This document shows positions 47,311 through 55,800 of a stretch of DNA of 62,585 nt, one piece after another. The translations under genes were made by a program, and so were the position numbers. Origin of the DNA: Candidatus Eiseniibacteriota bacterium. GTDB lineage: Bacteria > Joyebacterota > Joyebacteria > Joyebacterales > Joyebacteraceae. The first letter of the stretch is position 1. Each line of letters opens with the position of its first letter. The stretch is from the NCBI GenBank assembly GCA_043819135.1, contig JBDRFG010000088.1:1-62585 (forward strand). The letters are read 5' to 3'. The notes beneath the pieces are model-generated. The model was not told where the DNA came from, ran no database searches, and saw only the letters and a list, made by a program, of their open reading frames with translations.

Positions 47311-47829
47311 GTGCCTGTTCAGGATATCATTGAACTCGGGAACTCCCTCCTGGGGGAGCAGTGCTCGCCGGTCGATGAACCCACGTCGGCGTCCGTTTCA
47401 GAACTGGTGAACGATCTCAAGGACACCCTCGAGTACGTCACCAGGGAGCACGGATTCGGGCGAGGCATCGCTGCTCCGCAGATAGGCGCACTGAAGCGTG
47501 TGATCTACATCAACTTGAAGCCGGATGGGTTCGAGGGGGCGCTCACGAACCCCGAGATTGCCGACGAGAGCCCGGAGCGGTACGAGATGTGGGACGGCTG
47601 CTTCTGCTTCCCGCGTCTACTGGTCCGCGTCACCCGAGCGACCGACGTGCGCGCGGGCTACGTTGACACGGAAGGCAATCCGCAGACGCTCGAAGCGACG
47701 GGCGAACTCGCGGCTGTTCTCCAGCATGAGATCGACCATCTCAACGGAGTCCTGGCCGTGGAGAGGGCCGTCTCCTCGAGGGCCTACATGAGCCGCGGAG
47801 AGTGGGAACGTCAGGGTAGGCCGTTCTAG
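47311..47829 (+). CDS. def: Peptide deformylase family protein (variant motif 2)
   Basis: GRGIAAPQIG, DGCFC in place of EGCLS, QHEIDHLNG. Confidence 0.85.
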   Translation: MPVQDIIELGNSLLGEQCSPVDEPTSASVSELVNDLKDTLEYVTREHGFGRGIAAPQIGALKRVIYINLKPDGFEGALTNPEIADESPERYEMWDGCFCFPRLLVRVTRATDVRAGYVDTEGNPQTLEATGELAAVLQHEIDHLNGVLAVERAVSSRAYMSRGEWERQGRPF

Positions 47830-47888
47830 AAGAGCGCCGCTGAGATCGATTCCGCTATCGCCCTGCCGAAACGAAGGAGGCCGTTGTC

Positions 47889-48404
47889 ATGCGATGGTTC
47901 ATGCTCCTGGTGGCGCTGCTTGTCGTGTCGACGGCGTGCGCGCAGCAGGTGCCGGACGCGCCACTGGTTGGAAGCCCGCTCGCGGGCTCCTGGAAGATGG
48001 CGGAGATCGCCGTCATCTCGGCGCGCGGTGAGAACAGATACCCTGCTCCGGCCCCGGGGCTCTTCGTCTTCGGCGAGAGCCACTACAGCATGGTCTGGAT
48101 GCCGCTCACCGAGGTGCCGCCCGACTTCGCAGAGATCTGGAAACCGACCGAAGAGGAGAAGGCGGCCGCGTTCAGCTCGATCGTCGTCAACTCGGGGACC
48201 TACACTTACACCGACACTACGGTGACGACAACGCCGACGGTGGCGAAGACGCCGGAGTTCATCGGTGGGTACGCTGTCTATGCGTACAGGGTCGAGGGCG
48301 ACACGCTCTGGATGGACATGACCGACACCGTCTCTCGAGACGGAGTTCAGGACCCCGGCGTCGGTCTCTTCAGGATGCCGCTCAAGCTCGTGCGCGTGGA
48401 GTAG
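47889..48404 (+). CDS. Lipocalin-like secreted/lipoprotein
   Basis: Signal peptide with STAC, LAGSWK (GxW motif), NSGTYT, EGDTL. Confidence 0.65.
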   Translation: MRWFMLLVALLVVSTACAQQVPDAPLVGSPLAGSWKMAEIAVISARGENRYPAPAPGLFVFGESHYSMVWMPLTEVPPDFAEIWKPTEEEKAAAFSSIVVNSGTYTYTDTTVTTTPTVAKTPEFIGGYAVYAYRVEGDTLWMDMTDTVSRDGVQDPGVGLFRMPLKLVRVE

Positions 48405-48429
48405 ACCGAGCAACGAACCGAGGTTCCGA

Positions 48430-49017
48430 ATGGGTCCCAGGGTCACGACGTCTGATTCACTGGAGTTCCGTCCGCTCACTCCCGAAACCTGGGGGGACTT
48501 CGAGCGGCTCTTTGGCAAGAGCGGGGCGTGCGGCGGATGCTGGTGCATGTGGTGGCGGCAGACGCGGCGTGAGTTCGACGAGAAGCACGGTGAGAAGAAC
48601 CGGCGGGCGATGAAGCGCCTCGTCGACTCGGGTGAGGCGCCGGGCGTTCTGGCCTACGACGACGGCGAGCCGGTGGGATGGTGCTCGGTGGCCCCCCGGG
48701 AGAGCTTCGCGTCCCTCAATCGTTCGCCCGTGCTGAAGAGGCTGGACGACGAGCCGGTCTGGTCCATTGTCTGCCTGTTCCTAGCGGGTAGCCACCGGCG
48801 GCGGGGTCTGACCACCGCTCTTATCCGCGGGGCCGTAACGCACGTCCGGAAGTCGGGAGGGCGTGTCGTCGAGGCCTATCCCACGCGCCCGAGAGGGAAG
48901 AGACTCGAGGCCGTGTCCAGCTTCATGGGAGTTCCGGCCTCCTTCGAGCGGACTGGTTTCGTCGAGTGCGCCCGCCCGTCCGAGGCCAAGGTCGTAATGC
49001 GGTACCGCATCAGGTGA
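48430..49017 (+). CDS. GNAT family N-acetyltransferase
   Basis: GGCWCMWWR, PVGWC..PR, HRRRGL, VEAYP. Confidence 0.9.
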   Translation: MGPRVTTSDSLEFRPLTPETWGDFERLFGKSGACGGCWCMWWRQTRREFDEKHGEKNRRAMKRLVDSGEAPGVLAYDDGEPVGWCSVAPRESFASLNRSPVLKRLDDEPVWSIVCLFLAGSHRRRGLTTALIRGAVTHVRKSGGRVVEAYPTRPRGKRLEAVSSFMGVPASFERTGFVECARPSEAKVVMRYRIR

Positions 49018-49084
49018 ACAGATCGGCGGGCTTTCGCAGTGCTCTCGTACGCAAGCCGTGAACCTGGATCAAGGGAGGCAATTC

Positions 49085-49540
49085 ATGCGCGTTCTGTGTT
49101 CGATGAGTCTGGCGATGACCATTCTCGTGACGCTGGCGCTGTCGCCGGCCGTGGCGGGGATGGGTGTTGGTATCGTCGCCGGAGAACCCTCGGGGTTCTC
49201 GTTCAAGTGGTGGGGCGACGGAGGCACGGCGGTGGACGCCGTGACCGGATGGTCTCTCGACGATGGCAACTTCTACGCGCACTGCGACTACCTGTGGCAC
49301 CGCGTGATCGAGGACACGGAGATCGGTGGCAGTGTCCCGCTCTACTACGGCATTGGGGCGAGGCTCCTGCTGCGCGACGACGATGACTCGAAGATCGGGG
49401 TGCGCATTCCCATAGGGCTCGACTACCTGTTCGACAACGGGCGCTTCGACGTCTTCGTGGAGATCGCCCCTATCTTCAATTTTGTGCCCGAAACCGAATT
49501 CGATGTGAGCGCTGGTGTGGGGGCGAGGTTCTACTTCTGA
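49085..49540 (+). CDS. Small outer-membrane beta-barrel protein
   Basis: GIVAGEPSGFSFK, YYGIG, GVRIPIG, FVEIAP, C-terminal GARFYF. Confidence 0.75.
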   Translation: MRVLCSMSLAMTILVTLALSPAVAGMGVGIVAGEPSGFSFKWWGDGGTAVDAVTGWSLDDGNFYAHCDYLWHRVIEDTEIGGSVPLYYGIGARLLLRDDDDSKIGVRIPIGLDYLFDNGRFDVFVEIAPIFNFVPETEFDVSAGVGARFYF

Positions 49541-49635
49541 CGGGCTCCATGGAGTCCCGCGAGTGAATAGCAGACTTCCCGATTTCAAAGTTGCGGCCGA
49601 GCTGTCGCAGCGGCGCCTGGGGCCGGACGGCGCCT

Positions 49636-49706
49636 GACCCCACGCGACCCCACGAGGAAACACCGCAACCGACCCCACGGAGGGAAACCGCGCGGCCCCA
49701 CGGAGG
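49636..49706 (+). repeat. Four short direct repeats CCCCACG(G)AGG in the nitroreductase leader
   Basis: gaccccacg (49636), gaccccacgagg (49646), gaccccacggagg (49671), gccccacggagg (49695; overlaps the RBS). Confidence 0.75.
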
Positions 49707-49713
49707 AGCAAGA

Positions 49714-50598
49714 ATGGACCTCTTTGATCTGATGATGAAGCGAAGGTCGGTCAGAAATTTCGAGGACCGCCCAGTGCCGCCCGACGTTGTCGACCGGCTT
49801 CTCGACGCGGCCAACAGCGCTCCGTCGGGCGGGAACATCCAGCCCCTGTCGATCGTGGTGGTGCAGGAGTCCGAGGCGAGGGTGGAACTCGCCGAGATGG
49901 TCGGTGGTCAGCCGTGGGTGAAGAACGCGCCGGTGTCGTTGGTCTTCTGCATCGACTTCTTTCGGGTCAAGAGATGGGCGTCGATGTTCGATGTCGAATT
50001 CCTCGGCGAGCAGGCGCTGGGCTCGTTCCTCATCGCATACGCCGATGTGATGTGCGCCGCGCAGAGCGTCGTCGTGCTCGCGGAGAGTGAGGGGCTCGGT
50101 TCCGTCTACGTGGGAACGATCCAGTCGAGCATAGAAACGGCGAGGAATTATTTCGGAATGCCGGAGTACGTGCTGCCGGTGATGGTGCTGTCGCTCGGCT
50201 ACCCGAGATCGATCCCGACCACCATCCCGAAGCTCGACCGCGACGTCGTGGTGCACCGGGAGCGGTACCGCGTGCTATCGGACGATGAAGTAGGCGCCGC
50301 GTTCGAGTCGAAGTACGGGAACATCGACGACAGCGTCGACGCGTATCTGGAGCGGGCGTACGTAGAGGTGGTCGAGGCCGACAGGCAGGATGACCTGGGG
50401 TGGGTGGAGAGCACCAGGGAGAGGATGAAGAAGCTCGGCATCAAGAGCAACGCCGAGTTCCTCTTCAACCTCAGGTATCCTCAGAAGATGATGGTCGGAA
50501 TGAACTCCCGATTGATGAGCGCGCTCAAGAAGGCAGGGTTCGATCTTGCCGGGCTCAGCCCGGAGGAGCCGGAGGAAGCCTCGGTCAGACACTATTGA
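49714..50598 (+). CDS. Nitroreductase family protein (NfsA-like, C-terminally extended)
   Basis: RRSVRNF, APSGGNIQP, AESEGLGSVYVG, LGYP. Confidence 0.92.
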   Translation: MDLFDLMMKRRSVRNFEDRPVPPDVVDRLLDAANSAPSGGNIQPLSIVVVQESEARVELAEMVGGQPWVKNAPVSLVFCIDFFRVKRWASMFDVEFLGEQALGSFLIAYADVMCAAQSVVVLAESEGLGSVYVGTIQSSIETARNYFGMPEYVLPVMVLSLGYPRSIPTTIPKLDRDVVVHRERYRVLSDDEVGAAFESKYGNIDDSVDAYLERAYVEVVEADRQDDLGWVESTRERMKKLGIKSNAEFLFNLRYPQKMMVGMNSRLMSALKKAGFDLAGLSPEEPEEASVRHY

Positions 50599-50623
50599 CA
50601 CATTGTGTGGTCTGTGTTAGAAT
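50595..50623 (+). promoter_or_regulatory. Near-consensus sigma70 promoter reading into the non-coding region
   Basis: TTGACA-N17-TAGAAT; the -35 box contains the nitroreductase stop codon. Confidence 0.75.
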
Positions 50624-50629
50624 CAGTAC

Positions 50630-51240
50630 TGGGAGACATCGTCCCGGCAGTGGCAGGCGCGCTTCCAGTTTCAGGGGGGACAGACGGCGGAGGTCCGCCG
50701 TCTCACTACGGCCGGCCAACGCCCGATACACGGAGCGACCACACAGCCGACAGAAGGAAGAAGAGACATCCTGTTGTCACAGCCGCGTTGGCTCAGCTCC
50801 TTCTCGTGACTTGGCCGGCCAGTATCATTCTCTCGGGGGACGGCCCGCGGCAGTCCGGTAGCAGACCGGAGCCCGGCAGGACTTCGAGTTCTGGAGCCGC
50901 TGTCATGAACGGCGGCGCTCGAGGAGGTCGGATCGCCAGCAGGCTGGCGGGGCTCGACTGCACCGAGCTTGGTGAGAGGGCGGGGGATGACCCCCGCCCT
51001 CCGCCACGTACAAGCGCGGTGGGCCATTCCGTACCCCGGCGCACCGCTGGAGCACCCCTGAGGCGCACCGGCGCGAGACCCCCCGAATCGCCTTGCTCAC
51101 GCGCACGCGGCTCTGCTAGCATCCCCATGTAGCGGCCCTGCAGCCTGTTGGCCCGTCAGCCTGCTGACCCGGCCGTCCGCCTGCCAGGCCGCATTTCAGG
51201 AAGCTGTAACTCCCCATCAGGCCCCAGGCTAGAGGGACAC
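50630..51240. ncRNA. Candidate structured non-coding RNA(s), family unassigned
   Basis: About 650 nt without a credible ORF, dense in stems (see findings). No tmRNA, RNase P or SRP signature recognised. Confidence 0.4.
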
Positions 51241-51276
51241 GCCCGGCTCGCCGGGCGCCAGACGGGAGCGGCGCCA

Positions 51277-51756
51277 GTGAGCGGCGATGTCAAGATCCTC
51301 GCGAAGAACAAGCGAGCCCGGCACGACTATCATGTCGTCGACTCCATGGAGGCCGGCGTCGTGCTCAAGGGCACGGAAGTCAAGTCGGTGCGCCTCGGCA
51401 AGGTGCAGCTGGTCGACAGCTACGTCAGGATCGAGGACGGGGAGCTGTTTCTTCACAGCGCTCACATCAGTCCCTACGAGCAGGGCAATCGCTTCAACGT
51501 CGATCCCAGGCGTCGCCGCAAGCTTCTCGCCCACAGGACCGAGATACACCGCCTGCACCGCCAGGTGCTGGAGAAAGGGATGACGCTCATCCCGCTCGCG
51601 GTCTACCTCAAGCGGGGGAGAGTGAAGATAGAAGTGGGGATCTGCCGCGGCAAGAAGACCTACGACAAGCGCCAGACGCTCCGCGAGAAGGACGCCGATC
51701 GCGAGGTGGAGCGGGAGCTCAAGCACCGCGGGCGCGACGGCGAGGAACGGGAATGA
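51277..51756 (+). CDS. smpB: SsrA-binding protein SmpB
   Basis: NKRARHDY, EAGVVLKGTEVKS, HISPY, RKLL, GKK.YDKR. GTG 51277 follows GGAG. Confidence 0.97.
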   Translation: MSGDVKILAKNKRARHDYHVVDSMEAGVVLKGTEVKSVRLGKVQLVDSYVRIEDGELFLHSAHISPYEQGNRFNVDPRRRRKLLAHRTEIHRLHRQVLEKGMTLIPLAVYLKRGRVKIEVGICRGKKTYDKRQTLREKDADREVERELKHRGRDGEERE

Positions 51757-53258
51757 GATCTGTACCGCGCACAGCCGCAGTGGCCTCTGTCGCCGTCGCG
51801 TTCGTGCTCCTCCTGAGCGCGCTCGCCATCGGCGACGTGTTCCTGATGGAGTTCGAGGACGGTCGAACCGGTCTCGTTGAGACTGCGAGAATCGACGGCG
51901 CCTGGTACTTCAGACTGGCCGATGTCGCCAGGGCCGTCGGGGCGTCACGCCACTGGAATCCCCGGACGTCGAAGATGTCGCTGGCCGTCGGCATCCACAG
52001 GATGTCGATGGCGTCTGACAGCCAGTTCGTCTCGCTGGACGGCGAGGCCATCAACGTGCACAGGTCGGTCACCCTGAGGAACGGTGAATACTGGGTGCCG
52101 GCGCGCTTCCTGACGTACGCCCTCGGACTTGCCGTGAATTCGGCGATAGAGGTGGACGAGGCCCGCTCCTCGATCTCGGTCGTGAAGCTCGGGGCGCTCG
52201 TCATGTCCGTGGACCTCGAGGAAAGACCCGAAGGGACGGCGGCCGTCATCGCCCTGAACGACAAGGCGGAGTTCGCCATCAGCAGCAGAGAGCGGGGTCG
52301 AGTGGACTTCTTCCTTCCCGGTGCCGCTCTTCTGGATTCGCTCGACGTTCTCAAGGGCGTCGGACTCGTATCGTCAGTTACAATGGAGGAGTCCGAGGCT
52401 GGAGTGAATGCCGTCGTGCGCGTTGCGCCGTCGGCGACGGCGTACGACGCGCAGATGCACACGAAGCCTCCCAGACTTGAGATCGTCGTGGTGGCGGAGC
52501 GCGAGCAGTCGATTCCGTTGCCGTTGCTCAAGGGCACGAAGGACCTTCTGAGCTCGAGCCCGTTCGATGCCCTGGACGACGGTGTCGCGACGGTCATGAT
52601 AGACCCGGGACACGGCGGCACGGACAGCGGCGCCGTGGGGCGGTCGGGTCTCGTGGAGAAGGACGTGGCGCTCGCGATCGCCGATGAGGTGGCGCGGCAT
52701 CTGCGCCGGGAGGGCTTCTACGTGTTCATGACCCGAAGCTCGGATTCCCGTGTGCCGCTGAGGCGGCGGGCGGAGATCGCGAACCTGGCGGGGGCCGACA
52801 TCTTCGTCAGCGTTCACTGCGGAGCGTGGCACTCCGGGGGCGCCAGTGGTTTTCGAGTGTCTTACTACGTCCCAACGCGGGGCACCGCCGTCGACAAGAA
52901 CAACGCAGGAGCGAGAGGGCTCCGCCGCGGGTCACGCGACGCCCGACGCCGCGGGGCGGGGGACCTGCTGTGGGGCGCTCCGCAGGAGAGCCGGACCGGC
53001 GACAGCAGAGCGCTGGCACGGGCCGTGCGCGGGCACATGTCCCGAGTTCTGCCCAACTACGATCGAGGTGTGGGTAGCGCGGACCTCGCTGTCCTGGCCG
53101 GCTGCGCCATGCCCGCTATCCTCGTGGAGACGGCGTTCATCACGAACGCCTCCGACGCAGCGCTTCTGGCCGACGAGGGTTTCCGGGAGACCGTGGCGCG
53201 GGCCATCGCTCTCGGTGTGACCGAATACAGCGATTGGTCCGAGGGGAGGAACCAGTGA
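51753..53258 (+). CDS. N-acetylmuramoyl-L-alanine amidase (Amidase_3) with N-terminal stalk/AMIN-like domains
   Basis: IDPGHGG, EKDVAL, R..IAN, FVSVH, ILVETAFITN. Confidence 0.9.
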   Translation: MRSVPRTAAVASVAVAFVLLLSALAIGDVFLMEFEDGRTGLVETARIDGAWYFRLADVARAVGASRHWNPRTSKMSLAVGIHRMSMASDSQFVSLDGEAINVHRSVTLRNGEYWVPARFLTYALGLAVNSAIEVDEARSSISVVKLGALVMSVDLEERPEGTAAVIALNDKAEFAISSRERGRVDFFLPGAALLDSLDVLKGVGLVSSVTMEESEAGVNAVVRVAPSATAYDAQMHTKPPRLEIVVVAEREQSIPLPLLKGTKDLLSSSPFDALDDGVATVMIDPGHGGTDSGAVGRSGLVEKDVALAIADEVARHLRREGFYVFMTRSSDSRVPLRRRAEIANLAGADIFVSVHCGAWHSGGASGFRVSYYVPTRGTAVDKNNAGARGLRRGSRDARRRGAGDLLWGAPQESRTGDSRALARAVRGHMSRVLPNYDRGVGSADLAVLAGCAMPAILVETAFITNASDAALLADEGFRETVARAIALGVTEYSDWSEGRNQ

Positions 53259-53809
53259 ATCTCATGCGCGCCAAGTTGATTGCTCTGGCAGTCGTTCTGG
53301 CCGCCATCGCGGTCGTCGTGACGCTGTGTATGAAGGAACCCGACGAGCGACTTCCTGGTGAGGGAGCGGCCGTGGAAGAGCTTGGAGAGGGCGTTCAGTC
53401 CGTACGACTCGTGTTCGCGAGCAGAGCCGCGGGCCGCACGATCGAGGAGCGCAGAGAGATCGTCGTCATGGAAGATCCCGCCAGCCGCGCGCGCAGGATC
53501 ATGGAGGAACTGGCCGCCGGTCCGACCGGAGACGACGCCGACGGGACGATACCCGTGGGCACCCGTGTTCTGTCGGTGTTCTTCGACGGGACGGGAGGGG
53601 CCTTCGTCGACTTCAGCGGGGAGCTGGTCGACAATCATCCTGGCGGCTCGGCCGGCGAGCTCTTCACCATTCGATCCATTGTGAAGACGCTGGCCTTGAA
53701 CTTCCCCGACGTAGATCGCGTGAGTATTCTGGTCGCGGGCGGCGAGGTCGAGACCATAGCGGGACACATCGACGCGAGCGCTCCGTTTCCCGTTGAGCAG
53801 TACCGCTGA
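53255..53809 (+). CDS. GerMN domain protein
   Basis: N-terminal TM, L..GP, IP.GTRV, FVDFS, SIVKTL, V.ILV.G, GH.D. Confidence 0.85.
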   Translation: MNLMRAKLIALAVVLAAIAVVVTLCMKEPDERLPGEGAAVEELGEGVQSVRLVFASRAAGRTIEERREIVVMEDPASRARRIMEELAAGPTGDDADGTIPVGTRVLSVFFDGTGGAFVDFSGELVDNHPGGSAGELFTIRSIVKTLALNFPDVDRVSILVAGGEVETIAGHIDASAPFPVEQYR

Positions 53810-53863
53810 AGCCTGGCGGCCCGGTCCACACGATGCACAAGCCGTGCAACAGGAGAGCAAGCA

Positions 53864-54724
53864 GTGAGCGACGCTACGTCCAGTCCGATAGGTGTGTTCG
53901 ACTCCGGCATAGGCGGCCTGACCGTCGTGGCCGAGTTGATGCGGCATCTTCCGAACGAGGAGATCGTCTACTTCGGCGACACGGCGCGGCTGCCGTACGG
54001 ACCGAAGTCGAACGAAACGGTGACGCAGTTCTCAATACAGGACGCGGAGTTCCTGCTGGGGCACGGCGTCAAGTACATCGTGGTCGCATGCAACACGGCA
54101 TCCTCCATTGCGATCGACGTCCTGACATCACGTTTTGACGTGCCGGTCATCGGCGTGATAGCACCCGGCGCGCTAGCGGCCGTGTCGTCTACCCTGACGG
54201 GCAGGGTCGGTGTGATCGGAACGGAGGGAACCATCGCAAGCGGCGCGTACAGACGCGCGATCGAGAAACTCGACAGGGACATTGAGGTCGTCGAGACCAG
54301 CTGCCCGCTCTTCGTTCCGCTGGCCGAGGAAGGCTGGACCGATCGAGAGGTTACTCTGGTGATCGCGCATGAGTATCTGACCCCCCTGCGGGACGCCGCC
54401 GTCGACGTTGTCGTTCTGGGTTGCACGCACTATCCCATCCTGAAGAACACGATCGCGAAGGTCTTCGGACCTTCCGTCAAGCTGATCGATTCGGCGGAGG
54501 AGACGGCCAAGGAAGTGGCCGAGCGTCTGGAAGACCTTGAGCTCGCGCGGACGGACGGGACGGCTCCGGTCCACAAGTTCTTCGTCAGCGACGTCCCTCA
54601 CCGCTTCCGCGAACAGGCCGAGCGTTTCCTCGGCGCGCCGCTGACGGGCGTGAGCGTCGTCACGGTCGACGAAACGACCTGCTCCGGAGCGTGCCCCGAC
54701 GGTCTCAACGACTCAGGCAGGTGA
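53864..54724 (+). CDS. murI: Glutamate racemase
   Basis: FDSGIGGLTV, PYG.KS, VACNTAS, LGCTHYP. Confidence 0.97.
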   Translation: MSDATSSPIGVFDSGIGGLTVVAELMRHLPNEEIVYFGDTARLPYGPKSNETVTQFSIQDAEFLLGHGVKYIVVACNTASSIAIDVLTSRFDVPVIGVIAPGALAAVSSTLTGRVGVIGTEGTIASGAYRRAIEKLDRDIEVVETSCPLFVPLAEEGWTDREVTLVIAHEYLTPLRDAAVDVVVLGCTHYPILKNTIAKVFGPSVKLIDSAEETAKEVAERLEDLELARTDGTAPVHKFFVSDVPHRFREQAERFLGAPLTGVSVVTVDETTCSGACPDGLNDSGR

Positions 54725-54761
54725 TCTCAGCGCGGCGCGCACGCAGCGGGACGGTGACAAG

Positions 54762-55364
54762 ATGAGACGCGTGGTTCTTGCTACTCGCAACGCCCACAAG
54801 ATAGAAGAACTCTCGGCCATGCTGACGGGGCTTCCTATCGAGGTCCTGTCGTTCGCCGACTTTCCCGATCTGCCGGAGGTCGTGGAGGACGGGACGACCC
54901 TCGAGGCGAACGCCGTCAAGAAGGCGGAGCGTGTGGCCGCGTTCACCGGGCTGCCCTCTCTTGCGGACGACACGGGCCTCGAAGTGAAGGCGCTGGGAGG
55001 GGCTCCGGGCGTGCACTCGGCGCGCTACGCCGGCGAGAGCGCGACGGGCGCTGCGAACAACGCGAAACTCCTTGCCGAGCTGGCAGGGATCGCGGGCGGC
55101 GAGCGGGCGGCGGCATTCAGGTGCGTGGTCGCGCTGGCGGCGCCGGGCGACGAGACACGCACCGTCGAGGGGGCTACTCACGGGGTGATCCTGGAGGCGC
55201 CACGAGGTGAGGGAGGATTCGGGTACGATCCGCTTTTCCTGCCCGACGGACATGCCCGCTCCTACGCCGAGATGACCTCTGCGGAGAAGAACACCGTAAG
55301 TCACCGGGGGAAGGCAATTAAGAGAGCATCTGCGCTCCTACGCAGCCTTGTCAAGGAGCAGTAG
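54762..55364 (+). CDS. rdgB: Non-canonical purine NTP pyrophosphatase (RdgB/HAM1)
   Basis: ATRNAHK, ADDTGL, PGVHSARYA, GFGYDP, SHRG. Confidence 0.96.
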   Translation: MRRVVLATRNAHKIEELSAMLTGLPIEVLSFADFPDLPEVVEDGTTLEANAVKKAERVAAFTGLPSLADDTGLEVKALGGAPGVHSARYAGESATGAANNAKLLAELAGIAGGERAAAFRCVVALAAPGDETRTVEGATHGVILEAPRGEGGFGYDPLFLPDGHARSYAEMTSAEKNTVSHRGKAIKRASALLRSLVKEQ

Positions 55365-55464
55365 CGGGTGGAGCCTCTCCGCGGTCCACCTCACATATTC
55401 AGCCCCACGTAACCGCATGATACACATTCAGTTAGCAGAAACGACACCCCGTCGCGGTTCAATC

Positions 55465-55614
55465 TTGCGAGCGCCCGGGACGCGTGTTAGACTATGTTAC
55501 TGACATCTCTGAAGCGCTCCCCTGAGGACACCGATTGGCCGACTTGGCTTTCTCCGAAAGCTAAGTCTCCCACGTGGCCGCGGGCCTCCCATTGGGCCGC
55601 GGCCACGCATATTT
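55465..55614 (+). ncRNA. Candidate ~115-nt sRNA with CUCC motifs (coordinates include its promoter)
   Basis: TTGCGA-N17-TAGACT promoter, 12-bp hairpin 55541-55567, terminal hairpin 55573-55607 plus atattt. Confidence 0.5.
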
Positions 55615-55800
55615 CCGGCCTGGCTCGTTCGGCTACCCTGAGAACCCAAGTCTTGCTTGCGGAATCTAAATCGTTGTAGGGTGCGACACTACACAGCCGG
55701 CGCGAATACGGTCGCAGCTTGGTGGCGTCCTGAGCCGGCGCCGTCAGCGTTACTGTCCAGCTTGTGCGACCCATAGCTGTTGTAGATAAGGAGGCGGTCC

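Noticed and set aside
50605..51132. 175-aa ORF in the region upstream of smpB
   Set aside because: Its start lies inside the promoter spacer, it has no RBS, and the composition is low-complexity.
51160..51225. Hammerhead ribozyme on the minus strand (CTGATGG...GAAA...GTC)
   Set aside because: The core has G at conserved A9, and stem I cannot form directly after the GUC.
50630..51276. Canonical or permuted tmRNA next to smpB
   Set aside because: No T-loop GGTTCRA, no D-loop TCGAC in context and no tag ORF ending in AA-stop on either strand. GGGGGAC/GCCCTCC-GCCA gives a G3-U pair but has a mismatch and no proper T-arm.
55494..55679. 61-aa ORF overlapping the candidate sRNA
   Set aside because: The ATG precedes the predicted TSS, there is no RBS, and it crosses a terminator-like hairpin.
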